Part shown: in pieces, positions 1-9,077 of the stretch
How positions within the stretch are numbered: the first letter of the stretch is position 1
How the letters are laid out: every line of letters begins with the position of its first letter
DNA from: Thermodesulfovibrionales bacterium
GTDB lineage: Bacteria; Nitrospirota; Thermodesulfovibrionia; Thermodesulfovibrionales; UBA6898
Length of the DNA: 64,000 nucleotides
Direction: 5' to 3'
Assembly: GCA_044450345.1 (NCBI GenBank)
Contig: JBIOIY010000005.1
Coordinates: 30,779-94,778, forward strand
Position numbers and translations under genes: made by a program
The notes under the pieces: model-generated
What the model was told of the DNA's origin: nothing
Database searches by the model: none
The model's input: the letters and a program-made list of their open reading frames with translations, nothing else

Positions 1-2
1 AG

Positions 3-2204
3 CTAGACTGAGGTGTCCCGGTCGCCATAGCCGTACTGGTATTGCCGGTAATAATACTCATTCTTCCTGATATCGAGTCCATTAATGACGACCCCTAGAA
101 AATGAGCTTCGATGTCATTAAGGGATTTCAGCGCCCTGCTTACACTTTCATACGTGGTTTGTCCCGCTCTTGTCACAATAATAGTCCCATCCAGGATCTT
201 GCTGAGGACGAGACTATCCGTGACCGTCAGCAGAGGAGCAGCGTCCCAGATGATAATATCGAATTTCTCATTCAGCACCCCGATTAAATCGTACATCCTG
301 CCGGAACTCAGGAGCTCTGAAGGGTTCGGAGGCACCGGGCCCGAGGGTATGATACTAAGGTTCGGTACCGTCCCCTTGCAGATGATATCGATGCCGGAGG
401 CACCGGCAAGATACGTACTCAGCCCCTTGGAATTGTCCAGTCCGAAGATCTTGTGGATACGCGGTTTTCTCAGATCGCTGTCTACCAGAAGAACTCGATG
501 CGCCGCCTGTGCAATCGTTATTGAAAGGTTTACCGAAGTTACCGTTTTGCCTTCACCGGGCGACGGACTCGTCACGAGAACGTTTTTCGGAGGGGTAACG
601 GCAGAGGAAAGCAATATCGCCGTTCTCAGCACCTTGTAACTCTCCGCGAAAACAGAATGCGGTTCTTTCAAGAGTATCTCTTCCATGCTGTTTCCGCCGG
701 ACTTCAGCAGAGAGACGACCCCGAGGACCGGAACGCCCAGTTTTGTCTCGACGTCTTCGGTTGACTTGACCGTGTTGTCAAGATACTCAACAAAGAAAGC
801 GGCCCCGATCCCCCCAAAAAGTCCTATGACCAGCCCGAGGAGAGCGTCACGGGCATTGTTCGGTTTAAAGGGCATCTTCGGAACCTCGGCCTTTTCGACG
901 ACCCACACGTCGACAGTCCGGATGTCCTGAGAAATGTCTTGTTCCTTGATCTTCTTTATGATGGCGTCGAAGAGCTGTTTGCTCGTTTCCGCTTCCCGCT
1001 TCAACGCCTCATACTGGACGAATTTCTCATTCAGTGTCAGTGTCTCGCTTTTTGTCTGTGAGGCCATCTTGCGAAAATTCTCTTCGTTTGCCCTGGCGAG
1101 TTCATAATCGTTCTTGATTGACTCCACAACCCTCCTGATTTCCTGCTCCTTCTTTTCCTTCAATCCCTTCAGGTCGGCCACAGCCGTAATCATTGCCGGA
1201 TGTTTCTGACCATACTTCTTCGACATCTCTCCGATATTCTGCTCGGCCTTGAGTATCTGCACCCGCAACGACTGAATGGTAGGGTCGGACGTGATCACCG
1301 GTATCGTCTCGGCCTTGTCGGGGTTATGCATCACCTCCTTGACCTTATTGTAAAGAGATTCCAGTTCTTTTCTCCTGGACTCGGAGACCGCTATCTTTGT
1401 AGCGACTTCAGACAGCTTTTCCGGCACCATGGTAAGCCTGTTTTCGAGCGTAACGATATCTTTCGTCCTTTGATACTCCTGAAGCGTCTTTTCCGATGTT
1501 TCGAGCTTAGACTTTTCCTCATCCGCCTTTTCGGTCAGCCACCGCATCGCATTCCTGGAAGAACTCATCTTCATATCAAGGAGGTCGTCAATGTATGCCT
1601 TTGCAACGGAGTTCACTATCAGGGCAGAGAATTCCGGGTTTGAGGACACGTACCCGATGTCCACCAGTTTGCTGTTCTTTATAGGCGTCACGACAATCGA
1701 GGCGCTTATCGTCTTTGCTATCGCAGTGGCCCTCGCATTAGCCTCCCCTTCAGAGTCTTTTTTGACGGAAGAGGTCGGATCGGGCCTGGTTATGCCGGTC
1801 ACATTCAGTATTACGTTAAATATCCCCTTAAACCAGTCTATGGTCCCCGCCACGATATTGAATCCTGTGCTATCCTTCTTAAAATAAGACTCGTAATTCT
1901 TATCAAGGGAAAGCGTCCTGACTACCTTATTGGCGACTGAGGCACTCCTAATGAGCTGGTACTGCGTCTCATAAAAATCCGGATCATAAGACGAGTAATA
2001 CATGTTCATAGGCCCGAGGTTACCGGGCTCGCTCTTTTCTATCAAGACCTTCGTCGTCGCCACGTAAATCGGCGTTGCGGAAAAAGTCATTATCAGAGAT
2101 ATAGCAAACACCACGCCAAAGAACGTGTACACCAGCTGCCTTCTCTTGACGATGACTTTCAGGTAGTCCCTTAAATGTATTTCTCTCTCTTCCATATCAC
2201 TCAT
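3..2204 (-). CDS. wzc: Polysaccharide co-polymerase / BY-kinase (Wzc/GumC family)
   Basis: N-terminal Wzz-like segment (EIHLRDYLKVIVKRR) plus TM helix, coiled-coil periplasmic region, second TM, Walker A SPSPGEGKT, VDSDLRKP, GPVPPNPSELL and a C-terminal Tyr cluster (YYYRQYQYGY). Confidence 0.93.
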   Translation of the reverse strand: MSDMEEREIHLRDYLKVIVKRRQLVYTFFGVVFAISLIMTFSATPIYVATTKVLIEKSEPGNLGPMNMYYSSYDPDFYETQYQLIRSASVANKVVRTLSLDKNYESYFKKDSTGFNIVAGTIDWFKGIFNVILNVTGITRPDPTSSVKKDSEGEANARATAIAKTISASIVVTPIKNSKLVDIGYVSSNPEFSALIVNSVAKAYIDDLLDMKMSSSRNAMRWLTEKADEEKSKLETSEKTLQEYQRTKDIVTLENRLTMVPEKLSEVATKIAVSESRRKELESLYNKVKEVMHNPDKAETIPVITSDPTIQSLRVQILKAEQNIGEMSKKYGQKHPAMITAVADLKGLKEKKEQEIRRVVESIKNDYELARANEENFRKMASQTKSETLTLNEKFVQYEALKREAETSKQLFDAIIKKIKEQDISQDIRTVDVWVVEKAEVPKMPFKPNNARDALLGLVIGLFGGIGAAFFVEYLDNTVKSTEDVETKLGVPVLGVVSLLKSGGNSMEEILLKEPHSVFAESYKVLRTAILLSSAVTPPKNVLVTSPSPGEGKTVTSVNLSITIAQAAHRVLLVDSDLRKPRIHKIFGLDNSKGLSTYLAGASGIDIICKGTVPNLSIIPSGPVPPNPSELLSSGRMYDLIGVLNEKFDIIIWDAAPLLTVTDSLVLSKILDGTIIVTRAGQTTYESVSRALKSLNDIEAHFLGVVINGLDIRKNEYYYRQYQYGYGDRDTSV

Positions 2205-2209
2205 CCCGC

Positions 2210-3004
2210 TCAGAAAAAACTCTCGGGAACGACTATAATGTCACCGGCCATGACCGGTTCGTCCATCGCCGCCCTTTCGATGATCTTCTCTTTCCCATCG
2301 ACTTTCCGAATGATCTTTATCCTCCCCTGCGATGCCTTGTCAGTAAATCCCCCGGCCATCGTTGCAGCCTTGATCACGGTAGTGCCTTCCTCGCATTTAT
2401 AGGCATCGGGCTTCTTGATCTCTCCCGTGATATAAAAAACACCTGCCTTGGCGATATATACGTTATCGTTGTCCAACAAGAGAACATCCGAAGAAGTGTC
2501 CCCCTCTTCAACGAGTTTCTTGAGGTCGATGGTAATGATACTTTCCTGTTTTACGGGCGAAACGGTCTTCCTTTTTATTACGGCTTTGTCTCCGGCCTCC
2601 TTGGTGAGGCCCCCGGCCCTGGACAGCAGTTCGAGGAACGTAGTGTTCCCGCTGAGCGCGTAAATACCCGGTTTGTTCACCTGCCCCATGATAATGGTCT
2701 TCCTGCTTCTAAACTCTTCGACAAAAACAGATACATGGGGGTCAACGATATACCCGTCGGCGAGAAGATCGGTTATCTCTTGAGCGATCTGTGAAGTAGT
2801 CAGTCCCGACACTTTAATCGCACTTATCAGCGGCAACTTTATGAACCCGTCGCCGCTTACCCGCGCCACAGCAGTAAGATCGGGATGATCGTATACCGTG
2901 ATCTTCAGCACGTCCTCTTCCCCAACCAGGTAATCCTGGGCAAAGAGAATACCGACGTTCCAGAAGATAACGATGCCCAGCATGAGTATAAGGTATTTTC
3001 TCAT
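2210..3004 (-). CDS. wza: Polysaccharide export protein (Wza/OPX family, Poly_export + SLBB repeats)
   Basis: Signal peptide; YLVGEEDVLKITVYDHPDL...VSGDGFIKLPLI; SLBB motifs GQVNKPGIY and GEIKKPDAY; ends PESFF; directly upstream of wzc. Confidence 0.9.
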   Translation of the reverse strand: MRKYLILMLGIVIFWNVGILFAQDYLVGEEDVLKITVYDHPDLTAVARVSGDGFIKLPLISAIKVSGLTTSQIAQEITDLLADGYIVDPHVSVFVEEFRSRKTIIMGQVNKPGIYALSGNTTFLELLSRAGGLTKEAGDKAVIKRKTVSPVKQESIITIDLKKLVEEGDTSSDVLLLDNDNVYIAKAGVFYITGEIKKPDAYKCEEGTTVIKAATMAGGFTDKASQGRIKIIRKVDGKEKIIERAAMDEPVMAGDIIVVPESFF

Positions 3005-3070
3005 TGTTGCTACTTATACAAATTATAGAATAAATGGGGGAATAAATACACGAACGTGCTGTCGCAGAAG

Positions 3071-4660
3071 CTAGAGCGAGCCCGTCACCCTGAAAAAAAT
3101 GGTATTACTGGAATAGTTGAAATCAGGGAAATTGGACTCCCTTGTCGCATACGTGTAGTAAATCCCTGCCTTGAGCCATTTTCTGAAATCGTATTGGAAC
3201 CCGAGAGTGGCCTGATAAAGATTGTCTCTTCTCTTCGCGGTATTGCCGCCGAAGGTCAGATCCTCCCCGTAACTCTCCTGAGTGTACCCCAGGTCCAGAG
3301 ACCCTGTGATCTTGGAGGTGAGCATCTGTTGATATCTCACCGCGAAGGCATTCGTAAGCACAAAGAAGGTGGAAGGTATGTTGGACTCGTCAATCCTCCT
3401 CGATGCAGTTAATGTCAAAGAAGTCTTCGGGGTAAATTTATGATCCACATTGCCCTCAAAGACAAAAGTCCTGCTATTTGCCACTGGATCCGAGAAGTCC
3501 CGGAGGCTATAGCCTGCCCTGACGCTCCCCTTTGATTTAGCCGTGATTTGCCACTCCATGCCCAAGAGGAAATTATGCTCCTTGCTGTTGAGAGAGGCGT
3601 CGTTCGAATATCCTATATCCTTAAAGACATATTCAAAGAAAAGTGACGTCTTAGATCGGAGTTTGTAGAAGAGATACGTCGAAAACGAATTATCCACCCG
3701 GTCTCTCAAGGAGTTCCTTTCGGCATCATAACTCACAAGAAAGTGGGAGTAATCAAAACGGAACCGGAGCTTGTTGCCCGTGTCGTACGACAACATCGCA
3801 TAAAAAAGATTGCTGTTATATTGGTCCACTTCGCCCGGGCCAACCAGCACCGACGTATCGGTCGTCTCATAATTTCTTGAGAATTCGTCGTTCACTGCTA
3901 TAGAAAGACCGCCGCGGAAATTATAGGCAAGGCCCCCCTGCACGTTTTGGGTTATCATATTCCCGGAGGGGGAGTTCTGCGAATGAATTGGGATGTCCGA
4001 CTGGTAGAGCAAAAATGCCTGGTAGCGTTTCGCTGTTCCTCCCCCTTCCCTGCTCAAAGAGAGCCCCCCCCCTGAACGCGGGTCAATGAGACCCAGACCC
4101 TCAGGTTTCTCATTTACTCCCGGCATTGATATCCAGACTTCGGGGGACAGGACCGTGTATAGGTCGCTTTTTTTGTCCGTCCTGGTGTTGAATGCGTTGT
4201 CGGTGTAGATTTCCGAGACGGTCAAGTCTGCATGGAAATATCTCGCCGAACGCAACAAGATATCCGTGGCTGTCTTCTTCTTTCCGACAGGAGGTTCAGC
4301 TTCGGAAGAAAGTCCCGGCTCACCGCTACCTTTGGGAGGCGGTTTTTGCATACCGGCCGCCGGTTCCCGGTGTATGATTACAAAGACTCCGTATACCGTC
4401 TTGCTGTCCTTTGCTTCATACTCACGGAAATACGTTTCGAAACCGTCGCTTCTGATCTTCTCAGAGAGCTTTTCCGCCTCCTCTCTTGTCGTAAACACCG
4501 ATATCTCGACCTCGTTCTGGGGATCTTTCTTGCCGGCACTTCCTTCCTGCGGTATGCCTTCTTTTTGCCCGGCGAAACAGACGGGATTTGGGAACAAAAG
4601 ACTACTGATCAAAAAAGCAGTTATACAACTAATTATGCTACCCAGCGCCCATTTTATCAT
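3071..4660 (-). CDS. Outer-membrane beta-barrel of the EPS export locus with an N-terminal SPOR-like domain
   Basis: Signal peptide; SPOR-like segment (FTTREEAEKLSEKIRSDGFETY); Pro/Gly linker; amphipathic beta-strands with Y/F alternation, YTDNAF motif, ending FRVTGSL; co-oriented with wza/wzc. Confidence 0.72.
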   Translation of the reverse strand: MIKWALGSIISCITAFLISSLLFPNPVCFAGQKEGIPQEGSAGKKDPQNEVEISVFTTREEAEKLSEKIRSDGFETYFREYEAKDSKTVYGVFVIIHREPAAGMQKPPPKGSGEPGLSSEAEPPVGKKKTATDILLRSARYFHADLTVSEIYTDNAFNTRTDKKSDLYTVLSPEVWISMPGVNEKPEGLGLIDPRSGGGLSLSREGGGTAKRYQAFLLYQSDIPIHSQNSPSGNMITQNVQGGLAYNFRGGLSIAVNDEFSRNYETTDTSVLVGPGEVDQYNSNLFYAMLSYDTGNKLRFRFDYSHFLVSYDAERNSLRDRVDNSFSTYLFYKLRSKTSLFFEYVFKDIGYSNDASLNSKEHNFLLGMEWQITAKSKGSVRAGYSLRDFSDPVANSRTFVFEGNVDHKFTPKTSLTLTASRRIDESNIPSTFFVLTNAFAVRYQQMLTSKITGSLDLGYTQESYGEDLTFGGNTAKRRDNLYQATLGFQYDFRKWLKAGIYYTYATRESNFPDFNYSSNTIFFRVTGSL

Positions 4661-4768
4661 AATTTCTTTTCAAAAACATTGTGTTAAGGGAAATACCTTT
4701 ACCATATTCTCAGGGAATAACCCCAAATTGTCAAGAAAAAAAGTGTTTTCGGGGTTATTGACGCGTCG

Positions 4769-5551
4769 ATGACTTTTTCCGGCCGGTCTGATATACTTCT
4801 CTTAGCTGAGGTATTATTGAAATATATCTACTACATTATCGTCATTTTGCTGATACTGTCGGCCCTGATCGGATATGCGCTGATACCTGCGCGAGTACCT
4901 GAAAATAAGGCCGCCCTTATCATCAACGGCAAAACCGTGTCGGCCGATGAGTTCAATAAACTCTTTTCATCACAGTCAGGACCCCATCCTGACCGCGAAA
5001 CCTTCATAAACTCCCTGATAACCCGTGAGTTGCTTATCCAGGAGTCTCAAAAGGAGGGCATCGACAAGGAAGAGACATTCAGGAGATCGATACAGAATTT
5101 CTACGAACAATCGCTGATTAAACTTCTCATGGACAGAAAGTTCGCCTCATTGGGAGCTTCGGTAAGCGATGATGAACTCAACAATTATATCTCCCTTCTG
5201 AACAGGAAGATGCAGCTCACGATATTCAATTTCAGAAGTCCAGGAGAGGCTAAGAAAAGCAACTTGGCAGGCGGAGAACGCAGGACTATGTACCTTGAGG
5301 ACCTCTCTTGGGATCTGAGGGTCCCGATCGCGGCGCTTGCAGTCGGTGGGCATACCGGGCCGATCAAGACAGGCGGGAATTTCGTGGTGGTGAGACTCGA
5401 CGGAATGGAGAAGCCGTCGGCCCGTCCCGCCACGCCGGATCGGGAGAGCATCCGGAAAATGGTAGCCGAAAAAAAAAGGGAAAAGATGATCAACGACTGG
5501 ATCGACGATCTCAGGGAAAAGGCCAAGGTAAAAATACTGATCAAGGAGTAG
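4769..5551 (+). CDS. SurA/PrsA-like periplasmic chaperone (degenerate rotamase domain); real start probably TTG near 4817
   Basis: N-terminal membrane anchor, ALIINGKTVSADEF, LITRELLIQES.KEGID, C-terminal WIDDLREKAKVKIL typical of SurA_N/PrsA. Confidence 0.65.
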   Translation: MTFSGRSDILLLAEVLLKYIYYIIVILLILSALIGYALIPARVPENKAALIINGKTVSADEFNKLFSSQSGPHPDRETFINSLITRELLIQESQKEGIDKEETFRRSIQNFYEQSLIKLLMDRKFASLGASVSDDELNNYISLLNRKMQLTIFNFRSPGEAKKSNLAGGERRTMYLEDLSWDLRVPIAALAVGGHTGPIKTGGNFVVVRLDGMEKPSARPATPDRESIRKMVAEKKREKMINDWIDDLREKAKVKILIKE

Positions 5552-5552
5552 C

Positions 5553-6155
5553 ATGGGGGAGATGGACATGGAAAGGAAATGGAGAAGAAAAAACTATTTC
5601 ATAAAGAAAGAGCTCCAGGGGAGATTTATTTTCAGTTTTTTCATCTTTGTCGTGGTCGGAAGTTTTTTTTTTACAGTAATCTTCAGCCTGCTCTCGGCCG
5701 ATACGCTGACGATCGCGTATAAGAATTATGACCTCAGGCTGGGCAAGACCCCGGTGATCCTTTTGAGAGAGACCCTGAGCGCACATTGGATATTTATTTT
5801 CACCGGCGGACTCCTCGTGGTCCTCGCCTCGATGTTCCTCACCCACCGTTTTGCAGGACCGGTTTACCGGTTTGAGAAGTCCCTCGAAGAGATGATGAAG
5901 GGCAACTTTGACTTCGAGATCAGACTGAGGGCCAAGGACGAGGCCAAGGAACTCGCACAGATGATGAATGATTTCAATTCCCGCCTCTCCTCGCAGCTGA
6001 AGGAGATAAGGGACCTCGCGGACGATGTGGGATCACACATTTCGAAGGCAAAGGGGTCGTCGGGCGCGGAGGCCGGCGTTGAACTCGATGAAGCAGAGGC
6101 CAACAACAGAAGGATCAGAGAGATACTCCGCAATTTTACGCTGAAGAATGAGTAG
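5553..6155 (+). CDS. Two-TM HAMP-domain membrane protein
   Basis: RRKNYFIKKELQGRF N-terminus, two TM helices, THRFAGPVYRFE...LRAKDEAKELA HAMP signature. Confidence 0.75.
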   Translation: MGEMDMERKWRRKNYFIKKELQGRFIFSFFIFVVVGSFFFTVIFSLLSADTLTIAYKNYDLRLGKTPVILLRETLSAHWIFIFTGGLLVVLASMFLTHRFAGPVYRFEKSLEEMMKGNFDFEIRLRAKDEAKELAQMMNDFNSRLSSQLKEIRDLADDVGSHISKAKGSSGAEAGVELDEAEANNRRIREILRNFTLKNE

Positions 6156-6157
6156 TT

Positions 6158-6691
6158 ATGCCCCGAGGCCTGTTCAGTGCAATTCTTGCTGGATTCCTCC
6201 TGGTCGCGTCGGCCACTGCGGCTTTCGCATCGGAGTTGAGGACGCAGTACACAACCATCGCATACGATAAAGAAGAACAGCTTCGGAAATTCAACAGAGG
6301 GGTTTCCCTTGGAAGCCTCTCATACCTCCTCAGGAACAAGAGGAGTATAACCTCCGACGATGAAGCGAGAAACAAGGTAGACGTCCTGGTCGAAAGGGTT
6401 GAAGCGATCCTTGATATGTTCCCCAGGGATCTGAAGTTCAAGATAGTCCTTCTCTCCACGGATACCGATGTACAGAGGGTCTATAAAAATAAATATGGTG
6501 CGGCCGTCGATTATATATCCTTTTACTCTCCGAGGGAAAAAACCGTGTATATTTCAGTCGACGATATAAGGATCGGCGTCTTAGCGCACGAGATGGCTCA
6601 CGTCATACTCGACTTTTATTTCGGTGTGTCCCCGCCCGTAAAGATACATGAGGTCCTCGCACAGTTCGTGGAATCCCATCTGAAGGATTAG
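6158..6691 (+). CDS. Exported protein with zincin-like HExxH motif
   Basis: Signal peptide ending AAFA; LAHEMAHVIL followed by a downstream HEVLAQ glutamate. Confidence 0.6.
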   Translation: MPRGLFSAILAGFLLVASATAAFASELRTQYTTIAYDKEEQLRKFNRGVSLGSLSYLLRNKRSITSDDEARNKVDVLVERVEAILDMFPRDLKFKIVLLSTDTDVQRVYKNKYGAAVDYISFYSPREKTVYISVDDIRIGVLAHEMAHVILDFYFGVSPPVKIHEVLAQFVESHLKD

Positions 6692-6706
6692 GCCCCCGGG
6701 CCGGGA

Positions 6707-7486
6707 TCAAAAAGAGGAGGGACTTATGGACCTGCCTGCAGTATTTCCTCTCGGGGCAGAATCCATGGGTACTAATTCATCTGCGGGGGGAGGCGAATAC
6801 CCCAGACCGGAGACGGGCTGGAAATAACAGAGGCTTGTCGTACCTGCCAGGACAAGGCACCTTACCACTTCAGTAGCCTCGGCGCCTGCATCGATAGCAC
6901 ACCTCGATACGACATCAGGAGTTGCACCCGCCTCGACCGCACCGGCGATGATCTGGTTCAGATCACCCCCGCCCGAAATGGCGCATTTCACAACATAACA
7001 GGCGTTATAGCCCATTTCAATGCCCGTCTTTACGATCTTCTTTATTTCATCGCCCTTTTGGACGCTCGCCTTTATAACTGAACAAACTTTTTCCCCCTCG
7101 TGAAGATCGACATTAGGGGTATTTTTGACCTCTGGAATCTCTTCTTTGGGGAAGACATGGTTGTCACTTTTCTGATTTGTAGTAGCAATTGAACCCGGAG
7201 AATTTTCTATTGTTATGTTTCCATCCTTTTCACTCTTGTTAGATGGTTCCGGGGTTGAGTTTCCCGATTCAGCTTTTGGGATGATAGGTTGAACCTTTGC
7301 GACCTCATTCTTTACTTCTTGCGCCGGAGCACGTTGAGGCTGTTGATCCCGTGAGGAGGCGAGCTGGGGCACTTTTGGTAATGGTGCAATTGCGGAGACA
7401 TTTGGTTGCTTATGATAATAAAAAAACAATGATGAGGCTGAAATTAATAATCCTCCAATAATAAGTATCAAAAGGAGCTTTTTCAT
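6707..7486 (-). CDS. Membrane-anchored hypothetical protein with low-complexity linker and short Ala/Cys-rich helical repeats
   Basis: N-terminal TM, P/Q/E/K/N/S-rich linker, repeats such as VVKCAISGG, IIAGAVEAGA and VSRCAIDAGA. Confidence 0.55.
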   Translation of the reverse strand: MKKLLLILIIGGLLISASSLFFYYHKQPNVSAIAPLPKVPQLASSRDQQPQRAPAQEVKNEVAKVQPIIPKAESGNSTPEPSNKSEKDGNITIENSPGSIATTNQKSDNHVFPKEEIPEVKNTPNVDLHEGEKVCSVIKASVQKGDEIKKIVKTGIEMGYNACYVVKCAISGGGDLNQIIAGAVEAGATPDVVSRCAIDAGAEATEVVRCLVLAGTTSLCYFQPVSGLGYSPPPADELVPMDSAPRGNTAGRSISPSSF

Positions 7487-7598
7487 GGCCTTATCTCGGA
7501 AATACCGGGGCCATAATATATGCCAAACCGCTTCTCATAATAAAAACATACCACAATTCTAGGGATTTGTCATCAAAAAAATTCCGGGACAGGTTTCC

Positions 7599-8555
7599 TT
7601 ATTTCGCACATCGGAAACCAATATCCCGGCTTCTTATCGCGGGATCGAGCCAATAACGGTATGAACTCCTCAGCATTTTTTCTTCGCTTTCTTCCCATGA
7701 CCCCCCGCGAAGCACCTTGAAAATTCCGATCGGCGGCCCCTTAGGGTCATATTTCGGCGGCATATCAGGCCCCTTTTTGTCTTTTGTCTCCGGCTTCTTG
7801 TCGGTCCCAATTAGTCTGGAAGCGTTCTCCAAATAATCAGCGCTGTCAGGATCACAGTAATTACAGTAATTCTGCCGGTACCAGTCATTAACCCACTCCC
7901 GGCAATTTCCGGCCATATTGAGAACGCCGTAATACGAAGCCCCTTCGGGAAGAGCATCTACCGGGACCATCGCTCTCAACCCCTGCCCTTCCCATTTTTG
8001 GTGATATCTGGCCTTAACGTCATCCGCCGGGTCGTCACCCCAGGGGTAAAGCCTTCCCTCATTTCCCCTCGCCGCCTTCTCCCACTCTGCCTCGAACGGC
8101 AGACGTTTCCCCTTCCATCGACAGTATTCATCTGCTCCGTACCATGAGACGTTGTTGGCGGGATAGTTCTCAAAACCCTTACGGGGGGCATACTGCGGAT
8201 TTCCGCTTTTGCCGTTTCTTTCCTTTTCTTCGACTATGGTCGAGTAATCGTCGGAAGAAAAATATTTATTATCAGGGTTGCCTTTCTCGTTGAGAAACAG
8301 GGCAAAATCCCTTGCGGATACCTCATACTTGTCCATCATGAAGGCATCCAGGAAGACATCATGCTCCGGTCTTTCATTCAGTTCCGAATTATTGGCCCCC
8401 ATCTTGAACCAACTCTCGCTAATGATGACCATGTCAGTGGCTTCCTCGGAGGAAAAATCGACTCCTTTGTTCTTATTCACTGATGAACAGGAGATAAAGA
8501 GGAACACCGAAGCGAGAGAAATAAAAAAAATGCCGGCTAATCTTCGTCTTCTCAT
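7599..8555 (-). CDS. FGE-sulfatase (SUMF1) domain lipoprotein
   Basis: Lipobox-like FISC; FKMG..ERPEHDV; P..NVSWYGADEYC.W.GKRLPFEAEWEKAARG; NMAGNCREW; RGGSW; GFRC. Confidence 0.88.
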   Translation of the reverse strand: MRRRRLAGIFFISLASVFLFISCSSVNKNKGVDFSSEEATDMVIISESWFKMGANNSELNERPEHDVFLDAFMMDKYEVSARDFALFLNEKGNPDNKYFSSDDYSTIVEEKERNGKSGNPQYAPRKGFENYPANNVSWYGADEYCRWKGKRLPFEAEWEKAARGNEGRLYPWGDDPADDVKARYHQKWEGQGLRAMVPVDALPEGASYYGVLNMAGNCREWVNDWYRQNYCNYCDPDSADYLENASRLIGTDKKPETKDKKGPDMPPKYDPKGPPIGIFKVLRGGSWEESEEKMLRSSYRYWLDPAIRSRDIGFRCAK

Positions 8556-9077
8556 CGTCTGTATTATACATTTTTTCGAGGGCGCGTCAACACAAGCCCG
8601 AAAGGGATTTTTCCTGGAAAAAGCAATCCGGAAAAGGCTCCGGTCTTCCAGGCTGCGCTCACCTTGCTATAATCCTTTGCCAAAATTACCCCCTACCCAG
8701 GTAGGATTGAATATCCGTCTCATAAATCGCAAACTATACATAAATAGCGGAGTGAATTGATTATTTTGTCGCCAGGCTTCTCAACATGGCAGTAAAATGT
8801 TATTATTATTAATCAAAAATTATAAAAAAGAGTTGTCTGCCAACTCGGAGAGAAATATGCACAAAACAACTTCTTCAGGTATGGCCAACGTAGTGTCTCA
8901 TAAAGACCCTTTTTCTAATTATCATGCCGGCTTCTCCGGCCTGAGACTCATAGAGAATCTTGAAGAAGGATTGCATACAAGCCGAAACTACATCCGGCGT
9001 AATCATACTTGCTTTCCTTACGGTACGTATTTAGTTTCGAGTAATAACGTATGTCCCTATGTAGCGGAGGTATAGCA

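Noticed and set aside
7510..7526. Sigma54 promoter upstream of 7486 (TTGGCATATATTATGG)
   Set aside because: The -12 element is GG instead of GC and lies very close to the start codon; too weak to call.
8556..9077. Riboswitch or small ORF (8797-9075) upstream of the giant gene
   Set aside because: No convincing c-di-GMP or other aptamer consensus. The ORF lacks an RBS and motifs and is probably AT-rich promoter DNA.
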